A stretch of DNA of 64,000 bases, taken from positions 38,895 through 102,894 of IMG/VR virus record IMGVR_UViG_3300035498_000404. One strand, given 5' to 3'. Position numbers and translations under genes: made by a program. Shown piece by piece: positions 1 to 10,784 of the stretch. The stretch comes from a virus (Duplodnaviria; Caudoviricetes). The notes beneath the pieces were generated by a model. It ran no database searches. It saw only the letters and a list, made by a program, of their open reading frames with translations, and was not told the origin of the DNA. Position 1 is the first letter of the stretch. The number at the start of each line of letters is the position of its first letter.

Positions 1-51
1 AGAAGTCTGAGAATACTGAAACAAACACAGAAGAAAAGTAAGTGATACCAA

Positions 52-651
52 ATGGCTAAAAAGAGCAGCAAATTAAGCCGCAATTCATACCATACGTTGG
101 GTAATACCAATGCTTATAGAAAACTTACACAAAAGGTACAAGAAAAAGTTGATGAAGCGCAAAAAGAAATTGAAAATGCTCTAACTGATATTGGAGAGTA
201 GACTGTAAAAAAGATAAAAGAATATGTTAAACTTTATTATTACAATGCTTATCCAGAGGGGGACAATTATAATCGACTTGAAGAAAAGGGTGGATTTTTG
301 CATACAATTTCTTACGAAGTAAATGTTTCTAATTTTTCAATTAAGATATATTGTGATTGGAGTTTACTAGCCGTTAGTGATAAACCAGACCCGAAGTTTC
401 CTCACCACTGGGAAAATGGTCAAGCATTTACTTATGGTTTATATGATTATATGATGTATGGTAGTTGGCCTTTTAGCCGTAGTAACCGAGTTATTCAAGC
501 AGGATTTAGAGGCATTGACGAAGATATGACAAAAGAAATTAAAGATTTTCTTGACTGGTATGTTTCTGATTTGGTATCAGCACGATTAGAGAAACTAGGA
601 TTTAATGTTAGTGGACTTAAACATGGTGCTTCTGTCTTGCGGTCTGATTAA
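52..651 (+). CDS. Hypothetical tail-region protein (199 aa), one in-frame TAG read through
   Basis: ATG at 52 is in frame with ORF 298..651. The only interruption is TAG 199-201. Ends TAA just upstream of the tape-measure SD. Confidence 0.7.
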
Positions 652-670
652 TTTTAAGGAGGTGGGTTAA

Positions 671-3600
671 ATGGCTGAAAGTATAATATTTAATATAGGT
701 ATTGGTATTGACGATACTGAAGTAAGACAGGATTTAACAGAAGTTACAAAACAAATACAAGAAGTTTTAAATACAGATTTAAAATTTAATATTAACGCGA
801 ATAATATTGAGGAATTACAACAGCAAGTAGCTAATCTTGGCGGGCAATTAAATATAGTAAGAGACTCTGTAACTGGTCTTGCCACTGGATTTTCTGTAAC
901 GGCAACCTCTATAACTGGGCAACTTGTAAATGTGGCTGGTAGTTTTTCAAATTTAAAAACTAGCGCTGATTCATATGTGGCATCTTTAAGTAGTATGCAC
1001 GACCAAATTTCAGGTCAAACAGGGGAACAAAAGGCAATAGCTCAAATTCAATAGGAGTATATTAGTTTATTACAAAAAGAAACTGACATTAAAGAAAAAC
1101 TAGCTGTTGCAGTTCAAAATCAAGACACTCAACAAGTAAGTTCTTTGGCAAATCAGCTTGATAAAACTTAGACGTTAATGAACTATGATGCAGAACGACT
1201 ACAACAAATACAGGGTATGTCAAATGCTGCAACTACTTTTAACGGTGTTTATGAGCAGATATTTGCAACCACATAGCAATTAGCTAACAGAAATAATGAT
1301 GCAGATGCGTTTTTAGGAACTGATGCTTCTCAAAGAATAATTGATGTTTCTACTAATCTTTCCCAGTTAGATAATACATTACAAGAATATTATTCTCTAA
1401 ATCAACAAGTTTAGAATACTGCTCCGGGAGAATATTGGGATTTATTAGACGCAAAATTAAAACAATTGCAACCAGAATATGATGCTGTTAAAACCAGTAT
1501 GGAATCTTTGGGTGTTGTGTTTGCGAATGGTCAGGCTCAATATACTGGGACAGCAGAAGCAGTTCAACAATTAGTTGAAAGATATAATGAGTTAGAGCAA
1601 CAACAAAAGGAAAACCAAGCTTAGAAAAATCAAGCTGCTACATATAAAGAAATTACAGATGCGGTTAAGGCTTATTATAAAGCGCTAACTGACGTTAAGA
1701 AATCTAATAGCGTAGAAGGCTCTGAAACATACAAAGTATTACAGCAAAATTTAACCGCTGCTGCCAATGCTACTGTAACACTTAATGGGAAAACAACTCA
1801 ATTACAAGATGTATTTTCTGCTCTTGGTATTACTATATCAAATTATGGTTCAAACTTTACTGCTGCATACAGTGGTAAAAGCCAAGAAATCCAAAAGATT
1901 GTTGATTTAATTAATCAACAAAGTCAGGCTTACGCCAAGCTTAATGCTCAAAAAGCAGACCAAGCTTCTGATACTGCATTAATTGAAAGTGCCGTAGCGG
2001 CATATAAAAAGTATAGAGACCAATTAGATGTTGTTTATAAATTAAAGAAAAGTGGGAACACTGACTTTACAAGCAACCTAAAAGAAGAAGAAGAACTCTT
2101 AAAGCAGCTTAAAACTGCGTATGAACAAGAAGAACAAGCTCTTCTTAGTAACGGTCAAGAAGTACAGAAAAATACAACTTATAACCGTGATAAAAACCAA
2201 GTAACTAGAGACTCTATTCAGGCTCAAAAAGAGTTTGATTTAAGTTTAAATACAAATTCGCTACAAAATGCTATTGCCTAGACACTACAATACACTATTA
2301 GCTTGCAGGGCTTAAAGACTGCAATTAAAGAAGTTATAGATACAACTCTTGATTTGAACGAATCAATGACGCAAATTCAGCTTGTTACCCAACAAAATAA
2401 TGATGATGCTAAAGAATTAATTCAATCTTATTCAGAATTAGCTAAAAGTTTGGGTACTACAACTGCTGATATAGCTTCTGCAAGCGTTGAGTGGCTTTTT
2501 ATTAGGTCACTATAAATCCATTTAACTGCGGGAAACCCCTTAGAGATTAACATACTAAAGGACGATAGAAATATACGTTCTGGCGAGAATAATTACCTCG
2601 GTATAGTAAAAACTGTTAATATTGGGCAATCCGCAACCAAGCCTCTAAAATAGAGGAAGGTTCATCGACTATCCCTTGGTTTCTAAAACGAAACAATAGG
2701 AGTACGGCCAATCGTTAAGGTGGGTGAAAATCCCTTAAATGGAAATGATGGATATTTTAAAGATATTTTAAAATTACTTGACAAAAAGTAATTTTTGTGA
2801 TATAATAGAATAAAGATATAGTCAATACTATGTAGAAATATATAGAAAATTCTGTTTACAGAATCTTTTGAAAAGTAACGATTTTCAGAAGTAATATAAT
2901 AGACGGCAGGGCAACAGTATTGAGGAAACTAATGACTTAATTCAAGCGTCTGCAACGCTACAAGTCATTGGTAATATGGAAGCGTCGGATTCCGTAACAG
3001 CATTAACAGCTTGATTTAGGCTGGGCATATAGTAATATATGCAATAATAAATTCTTTTAACTGCGGGAAACCTCTTAGAGATTAACATACTAAAATATAA
3101 TAGGGATATTATATTGGCGAGAATAATTACCTCGGTATAGTAAAAATTGTTAATATTGGACAATCCGCAACTAAGCACCAAGAACTGGTGAAAGCTCAAC
3201 GACCATCCCATAGGTTCTTTTCAGAACAACAGGAGTACGGCCAATCGTTAAGGTGGGTGAAAATCCCTTAAATGGAAATGGAGAATATCCTACTCTTAGG
3301 ATAAAGATATGGTCTTTTCTTATTAGAAATAATAAGGTGTTTATAAACACATATAAGATTAACGACCTTGTATAAAAATTAAAGGCTATCAACGGCTATG
3401 GATTAGAAGCTTCCGACGCAATGCAGATAGTAGACCAATTAACTACACTAGATTTGAAGTTTGCAGCTTCTTCCGGTGATATAGCGACAGCTCAACTATT
3501 AAGGGCTGGGTGTGCAGTAATGTACATAATAATAAATTCTTTTAACTGCGGGAACTTCCTTAGAGATTAACATACTAAAATATGATAGGAATATACATAT

Positions 3601-6600
3601 TGGCGAGAATAATTACCTCGGTATAGTAAAAATTGTTAATATTGGACAATCCGCAACTAAGCACCAAGAACTGGTGAAAGCTCAACGACCATCCCATAGG
3701 TTCTTTTCAGAACAACAGGAGTACGGCCAATCGTTAAGGTGGGTGAAAATCCCTTAAATGGAAATGGAGAATATCCTAAAAATAATTATAAAAGACTTGA
3801 CAAAAAGAAATAAATATGATATAATTACTGTTATAGGATAAAGATATGGTCTTTTCTTATTAGAAATAATAAGGTGTTTGTTTGTATTATGGAGATGAAA
3901 ATGATTATTTCAAAATTTGTAAATATAAGAATGGTTAGTCAAAATATTAAATATTATAGAGATTTGGGGTATGAATTTAATAACGGTGAAACAATTCCTA
4001 TCAAAATTGAAGATATTGGAAATGGAAATCGAGCATCCGTAAAGGTTAAATGTGACTATTGTGGGGATGAATATGAAGCACAATATGCAAATATTATGAA
4101 TGGCAGAAAGATTTTAAACAAAGACGCTTGCAAGAAATGTGGGCATAAAAAGAGAGAAGAAATTTTGTTGCTTTTATACGGAGTAAAAAATCCTATGCAG
4201 TTGCAGGAAATAAAAAATAGGCAACAAGATTCATTGGAAGCTCATTACGGAGTGAGAGTTCCGGCAAAAAATAAAGATATTTCAAAAAAACAAGCAGAAT
4301 CTTTTAAAAAATCTTATGGTATTGGTAGTGATGGATATGACGAGTATCAGACCAAACGAAGAAAAACCTGTATTGATAAATATAGCGTTGACAATGCCTC
4401 GAAATTAGAAGAATTTAAAGATAAAGCTGCGAAAACTTGTTTGGAAAAATATGGTGTAGAGCATCCATGTCAAAATCCAGACATTATGGAGAAATTTATA
4501 GAAACTTGCAATGAAAAATATGGTGTTGATTATTATTTGCTGACAAAGGATAAACAAATAAAAACCACAAAAACCTGTATGGATAAATATGGAGCAATAA
4601 ATATTTCAAAAACTGATTATTGGAAAGAAAAGGTAAATAATTCAGTTATGGAAAGATATGGTACAAAATGGGTCGGAGAATCAAAAGAAATTCAAGATAA
4701 AATAAAGAAAACGAATATGGAAAGATATGGCGTTGAGTGCGTCTTTTCGTTGGAAGAAATTCGTTTAAAGTCAAGAAAAACTATGCTTGAAAAATATGGT
4801 TCAATAATGCCCCAATGCGTTAGTTCTCAACAAAATTATATTCATAGTATATATGGTGGAGAATTAAATAAACAAATTGGAAAATATGTTGCTGACATTT
4901 TATTTACAGATGAACGTATTGATTTTGAATATGACGGTGGAGGACACGATTTAAGTATTAGGCTTGGAGCTATATCTGAAAATAATTTTATAGACAAAGA
5001 AACAATCAGGAATAATTATTTTATAAAAAATGGTTATAAAATTTTTAGAATTATTTCCAAAAAAGATAGATTACCAAACGATTCAATCCTTATCGAAATA
5101 AAAAATAAAGCTTTTGAAGTTTTATTAAATACAGAAAATAATATTTATACTTATAATATAGATAATAACACAGAAGAATACAAACAAATCAATGTGGAAT
5201 AACGACCCACATTAAAAATTTATACTTTCTAAAGTTGCATCTGTGGCCTCACAATCCGGTGTTTCACTGGAAAAACTAGAATCAATTCTGGTTGTCACAG
5301 AAGACCAAACACAGCAATCGGCAGACACCATTAACAAAACAGTGGTGTATAAATCAATTCTAATATTTATGCGAAAATCCAGAGATGGACAACGCTTCGG
5401 AAGGTAAATTACCGCCGACAACGACTGAATGAATTGACCAAATTTATTTTGGATGCAACAGTCTGAACACATAATATAATCGAACAATGAAATATGTGAA
5501 TAGGAGTCATTGGTAATCAGACCAATTAAAGAAGAACTTCTATCGCCTACTATAAAGTAGGTCACAAAAGTAACAGAATGTGGTAATGCTAAATGTTCTT
5601 GGCATGGCACATAGTAATATGTGCAATAATTAATCCCTTTAATTGCGGGAAACCCCTTAGAGATTAACATACTAAAATATAATAGGAATATTATATTGGC
5701 GAAAGTAACTATTTCGGTATAGTAAAAATTGTTAATATTGGGCAATCCGCAGCTAAGTGTTCAGAACGGACAAAAGTTCATCGACTATCCAATAGCTTTC
5801 AAATAAGCAACAGGAGTACGGCCAATTGTTTAGGTGAGTGAGAATCTCTTAAATGGAAATGGGGGACATCCTATTATTTAGGATGAAGATATAGTCAAAA
5901 CTTGTTAGAAATAATAAGAACTTATATTAAAAATATAAATCATTGAAAGAATCTTATTTTTAATATAGGTTGCATAAAAATAACGAACTTATGTTAATTA
6001 ATTGTGGAACAGTATTTTTGCCAGAATGTCGAAAATTGCTGCTGGTAAAGACCTTGAAGACACCGAGGTAACGCTAAATGATGTCGATAAGGTCTTAACC
6101 AAAATGAATATTAGTCTAAAGGATGAACAGGGTCAAATTCGTGACCTTGACGATGTTCTTGACGAAGTTGCAGGTCGTTGGGACACCTTTACGACAAATG
6201 AAAAGAACCAAATTAGTACGGCTATCGCGGGCACACGACAAGCCAACTATTTTAAGGCCGCAATGGCCGACTGGGGAGAAGTTCTTGACGGTACGCAAAT
6301 TGCATTAGACGCAAATGGTACGGCCACAGAGCGTATGGGTATTTATACCGAATCCCTAGGAGGTAAAATTAAGACCTTAAAGGCTACTTGGGAAGAATTT
6401 GTAGCCGATTTAAATTTGGACGATGTTATCTCTAATGTAATTAGTACAGCACAAAATCTATTAGAGATTTTTGATACTATAATAAATAAAAGCGGTGTTT
6501 TAAGTACCGTAATTAAAGGAGTTCTTGTTGCACAAGGACTAAATATTTTATCTGGCGCTGTTGTAAAGGTTCTTGGTACACTAACTGGTAGTGGTGGATT

Positions 6601-9600
6601 ATTAAGCGGCCTTATTAAACTTGCTCAGATAGCCCCTGAACTTTCTGAATTTGCAAGTTCTATAAATAGCGTCGCTGACGCACAAACTGCTTGGGCTTTA
6701 ATTACTGGTGACGGTATTTTAAAAATAATCCCAAATATACTCACTCTACTTGGTGGTTCTGGTGGTCTTGTTGCTATTCTTGGAACTCTTGCTGGTACTA
6801 TTGCGATTGTGGTTGCGGCAGTTGCCGCATTTAAATATGCTTGGGAAAATTGGTTGCCTACGCAAGCAAATGCAAATCGGCAACTAGAAGAAGCACAAGA
6901 AGAATTAGAGAATACCTAGTCAGAACTTAATGATGTAATATCAAAATTAGAAGATGTTCAATCTCAAATTGATGATTTAAATAGTAAAGATACTTTATCT
7001 ATTACAGATAAAGAGCAATTAGATATATTAAAGAAGCAAAGTGAAGAACTTGAAATACAAAAGTCTACACTTGAAGAAATGGAAAGAATCAAGCAGCAAG
7101 GCGTTCTTGATGCCAATATAAATAATCAAAATACCAAGAGTAATTTGTTTAGCTTTAACTTAGAAGATGGCCTAACAATAAATACTGCATATAACAAGAG
7201 CTTAGAAGAGCTTATATCTACATATAAGACATTGCAGATTGTTGTTGATAAAACTGGCGATTCACTTGGAACTTTTGAGATTTATGGTGATGAATTACAA
7301 GACAGATACGATAAAGCTAATGCGACCATAAATCAATATCTCCAAATGGAGCAATCTGGTTTATTAACCACTAAGTATTATACTCAAGCCCAACTTGATT
7401 CTTACCAAGAAGCTTATGATAACGCTATTAATATTCGTAATTAGATTCTTGAAATTTTAAATCCTGAACAATTTAAGAAGCTTAAAATTGAAGAAGCTCT
7501 TGACACAAGTGGTTTCAAGGGTATTGAAACAACAATTAACAACTTAAATATTAAGTTAAAAAATGGCGAAACAACATTTGAAGAATATTCCGAAGCTGTT
7601 CGTGCGGCATTAACAAAATTAGCACAAAACGACGATTTTAAGAATCTTCTTGGTGATATATTTACAGAAGATGAATTAAATGACACAGAAGCTCTCGTAG
7701 AAGAACTTGTTGGGTATCTTGATGTACAAACTAATGCTATTGTTGATGATGTCACTGATGCCCAAAATGAAATTGTCGAATCTTTTGAGGGCTATGCCGA
7801 CGGAATTAAAGAAGTAGAATCTTCTTATGAAACACTAAAAGATGCAGTAGACAGTTATAATAGTAGTGGTACTATTACAGCTAAACAACTAGAAGAATTG
7901 TTGGCACTTGACCAAGATTATTTAAATACTTTAAGTTATGAAAATGGTCAAATTAAGATAAATGGAGAAGCTATTAGTTCTTTAAAAGAAGAACAATTAG
8001 CTCTTTATAAACAACAACTTCTTACCGCTGCTTCTGCTGAAATTTTGGCTCGTGCGCAAGAAGTAAACAATCAAATAGAAGAGGATTCTATTACTGATGC
8101 TTATGAGCTAAGAGAAGCCAATTTCCAATTAAAAAATGGGCATATTGAAGCCGCAACAGGTGCTTCTGTGCAAGCGGTTGCCGAAGCAGATTTACAGACG
8201 CAATTAACTGGTGTTGCTGCTAGTGCTGGACTTACAACTGAGGCAATTCAAGACATTATAGATAAATATACTGCTCTATATGCTTTAGGAGAAAATGTAT
8301 CTGGTTCTGGTTCTTCTTCTAGTAGTAGTTCAACTAACGCTGCTAAAACTGCTTATGAAAATGAAAAAGCCAGATATGAACTGCTTGAAAAAGAAGTAGA
8401 ATTAGAGAAAGACAAATTAGAAGCCCAAAAAGATGGAGTGAAAGCAGAAGAAACTCTGCTTAAAAATAAAAAATCCGAATTAGAGCTTCAAAAACAAATC
8501 AAAGAACAACAACTTGACACTATACAAGATTCCGAGGAAGATATTACTGATTTAATTGAGTATGTCGAAAAGATGCTTAAACAACAGTACGAAGACCTCA
8601 AAACGAATCTTAAAAAGGTAAAAGAGTATGTTACTACTTGGCGTGACGCATTGTCTGATGCAAAAGATAGTTATGACGATATTACGGCTGCTATCGAGAA
8701 GCAAATGAAAGCTCAAAAAGAGCAAAATGACAATGAAAAGGCTCTAAAAGAAAAAGCGGATGCTGTTTCTGACGTTCAGGAACAATTGGCTGCTATTCAG
8801 TATGATACTTCTTCTGATGCTGCTACTAAGCGCGTCGAGTTACTAAAAGAACTTAATGATGCACAAGAGGCACTGACAGAAGAAGCACAAGACCAAGCAT
8901 ATGATTCTGCTCTCGACCAATTAGACGCTGCTCAACAAAAAATTGATGATATTTTCGACTTTATTGACGAAGCGTTGGAAGACGCAGAAGATGCTATTGA
9001 CGATTACGTTGACTATATTTCTAATACTTTAGAATCTGAAGGCAATCTGTATAAAGAGGCGTTGGCAGAAGTTCAATCTGCAATTGACGGTAACAATGAC
9101 GAATTATTGCAAAAGCTTTATAAGTGGAACAGCGCGAAATGAATGCGCTGTATAAATCGGGTTATATGCTGGAACACCCTAAAGACTTTAATACTAAAAA
9201 GTAAAAATTTAAAGTATGTTACAATGGGCAATCAGCAGGGAAGATAAGTTCACCCTCAACGACTATGGGAATATCCCACTAATATATAAGTAATTATATA
9301 TTAGAACCCCGATAAGGCATAAGCCGAATGATATAGTCTGAACTTCCATAGAAATATGGAGAATTGGGCAGAAATGACCCAATATTTTTGTGTTAGTATT
9401 TTAAAAACAAAACCAATTTTATTTTTTAGTATGACACAAAAATTAACAAAATTGATATGGAGACAACATTGCTGAAACCATTACAAAAGCTTGGAATGAT
9501 GCTCTTGACGCTGTTGAAAAATACAAAGATGCAACTGGTGAAACTAATCTGCAAAATATCCGTGAAGGATTACAAATGCAGGATACCACTCTTAGTGCAG

Positions 9601-10730
9601 AAATTGCAGCATTTGACACACAAATTGATGCCTTGCAAAATCAGATTGATGCAAAAGAAATAGAGATTGATGCTCTTGAAGTCTTAATTGATGAAAAAGA
9701 AGCAGAAATTGACCAGATTAAAATGGCTCTTTCTCAGCTTGAAATTAACTACGATGCACAAACTGTCGCAAGTAATAATGCTACAAAAGCTACATGGGAC
9801 GAAGTATATGCTCTTATTGGGCAAACTGCTGCTACTACTGATAATACTACTGCAACAGAAAATAATACCGACGCAACTAGCACCAATACAGATAAGACAG
9901 GCGACAATACTACTGCTGTTGAAGATAATACAACTAAGGTTGAAAACGCAACAGACAAGGTAGAAGATTTGTCTTATAGCACGGATGTTGCTTCTGACAA
10001 AGTTGACGCAGCAGCACAGTCTGCTGATGACGCTTCTGACGCACTGTCTGGTGCTGATAGCCTAGCCGACGCAGCTTCTACGACCAAGGACGCAATTAGC
10101 GACCTAGGAGAAGCCTCTGTTGTTGCGGCAGATAAACTTGCTGGTGGAGATGGAACTGGTAGTTCTAGCGATTCTAGCGGCACTACAACGAGTTCTGAAA
10201 CCAGTGGAATTTTAGACCTTATTAGTTCTGGAGTTTCTTACTTTACTGGTGGAACAGATGCCGGAACTGTTATTGGTAATCTACTAGCGAGATATATTCC
10301 AAAACTGGTTAATACTGGTGTAAAGTACGCAATTAAGAAAGTATCTTCTAACCATGATGGTACAAATTGCGTTGAAAAGAGTGATTCTCCGCTTGATGAC
10401 TTGTTAGGACTTGGCTCTGACGAAACTGCTCGTGTGCTAAAAGTTGGAGAAACTGTTGTTCCTAACTACGCAAGTGATGTTAAGATTCAGCAAACCGATG
10501 AACCGTTTACCACTTCTATTGATTCTCCGAATGCTTCTAATGTTTCTACTAATAATGGTGGAGACTTCAATCTTGACATGGGAGATTTAGATATTTCTGG
10601 AATTGATAGTGACGAGTTAATGAGCCAGTTAAAGAGCTTAAAGAAAGACTTCGCTGATGAGGTTTATTCTACTATTAATAAGCATATTAAAATTGGTGGA
10701 TATAGAAACGTAAAGAATAGTTACATTTAA
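671..10730 (+). CDS. Tape measure protein, spliced from 7 exons (671-2496, 2903-3011, 3385-3492, 5225-5331, 5581-5590, 6005-9135, 9455-10730); ~2188 aa; 8 in-frame TAG
   Basis: Exon lengths sum to 6567 nt (2189 codons). Joining restores tape-measure-type motifs ASVEWL|RQG..ALTA|AINGYGL..DIATA|LSKVAS..SADTI|GNA|WNSIFARM. Long coiled-coil composition. TAG at 1052, 1169, 1274, 1412, 1622, 2279, 6917, 7442 with no in-frame TAA/TGA. Confidence 0.9.
2497..2902 (+). mobile_element. Group I intron 1 of tape measure gene (406 nt, no ORF)
   Basis: P1 UGGCU/GGUCA with U.G at the splice site; core motifs actgcgggaaac..caatccgcaacc..catcgacta..gatatagtc; terminal G2902; removal gives CT+A=Leu in frame. 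Confidence 0.9.
2778..2806 (+). promoter_or_regulatory. Consensus sigma-A promoter inside intron 1
   Basis: TTGACA, 17 bp, TG-n-TATAAT. Confidence 0.8.
3012..3384 (+). mobile_element. Group I intron 2 of tape measure gene (373 nt, no ORF)
   Basis: P1 CAGCU/GGCUG; same core as intron 1; terminal G3384; frame restored (TA|AING). Confidence 0.9.
3797..3825 (+). promoter_or_regulatory. Consensus sigma-A promoter inside intron 3, upstream of the endonuclease ORF
   Basis: TTGACA, 17 bp, TG-n-TATAAT. Confidence 0.85.
3901..5202 (+). CDS. Intron-encoded homing endonuclease, probably EDxHD/Vsr-like PD-(D/E)XK type
   Basis: N-terminal CxxC..CxxC, many T-x-x-E-K-Y-G-V repeats, C-terminal ADI..DFEYDGGGHD. 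ATG 3901 follows GGAG (ORF open from 3874). No TAG. Confidence 0.75.
   Translation: MIISKFVNIRMVSQNIKYYRDLGYEFNNGETIPIKIEDIGNGNRASVKVKCDYCGDEYEAQYANIMNGRKILNKDACKKCGHKKREEILLLLYGVKNPMQLQEIKNRQQDSLEAHYGVRVPAKNKDISKKQAESFKKSYGIGSDGYDEYQTKRRKTCIDKYSVDNASKLEEFKDKAAKTCLEKYGVEHPCQNPDIMEKFIETCNEKYGVDYYLLTKDKQIKTTKTCMDKYGAINISKTDYWKEKVNNSVMERYGTKWVGESKEIQDKIKKTNMERYGVECVFSLEEIRLKSRKTMLEKYGSIMPQCVSSQQNYIHSIYGGELNKQIGKYVADILFTDERIDFEYDGGGHDLSIRLGAISENNFIDKETIRNNYFIKNGYKIFRIISKKDRLPNDSILIEIKNKAFEVLLNTENNIYTYNIDNNTEEYKQINVE
5332..5580 (+). mobile_element. Group I intron 4 (249 nt, compact, unrelated in sequence to introns 1-3/5)
   Basis: P1 ACACCAU/GUGGUGU; P7-like gactg/cagtc; terminal G5580. Confidence 0.82.
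5591..6004 (+). mobile_element. Group I intron 5 (414 nt, no ORF)
   Basis: P1 AUGCU/GGCAU; core homologous to introns 1-3; terminal G6004; GNA|WNS restored. Confidence 0.9.
9136..9454 (+). mobile_element. Group I intron 6 (319 nt, no ORF)
   Basis: P1 ACAGCGC/GCGCUGU; atgctggaac..caatcagcag..caacgacta..gatatagtctgaac; terminal G9454; GC+A=Ala gives WNSAYGDN in frame with 9576..10730. Confidence 0.85.
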
Positions 10731-10740
10731 TTAGGACACT

Positions 10741-10774
10741 AGCCCGCTTTGAAAGATAAGCGGGCTTTTATTTT
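10741..10774 (+). terminator. Intrinsic terminator after tape measure gene
   Basis: AGCCCGCTT/AAGCGGGCT stem followed by T-rich tract. Confidence 0.7.
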
Positions 10775-10784
10775 ATAAAGGTGG

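Larger units (their letters stand above)
3493..5224 (+). mobile_element. Group I intron 3 of tape measure gene (1732 nt) carrying a homing endonuclease ORF
   Basis: P1 CAGCU/GGCUG; 182 nt identical to intron 2 (3597-3778 vs 3111-3292); 3' end aligns with intron 2 but ends in A5224. Confidence 0.88.

Noticed and set aside
5212-5745. Minus-strand ORFs across the introns (also 2942..3211, 3171..3392)
   Set aside because: Their mutual similarity comes from the repeated intron sequence, not from protein conservation.
2497-6004. CRISPR array or IS copies explaining the repeats
   Set aside because: The repeats are long structured group I cores with P1 helices; no short repeat-spacer pattern or transposase.
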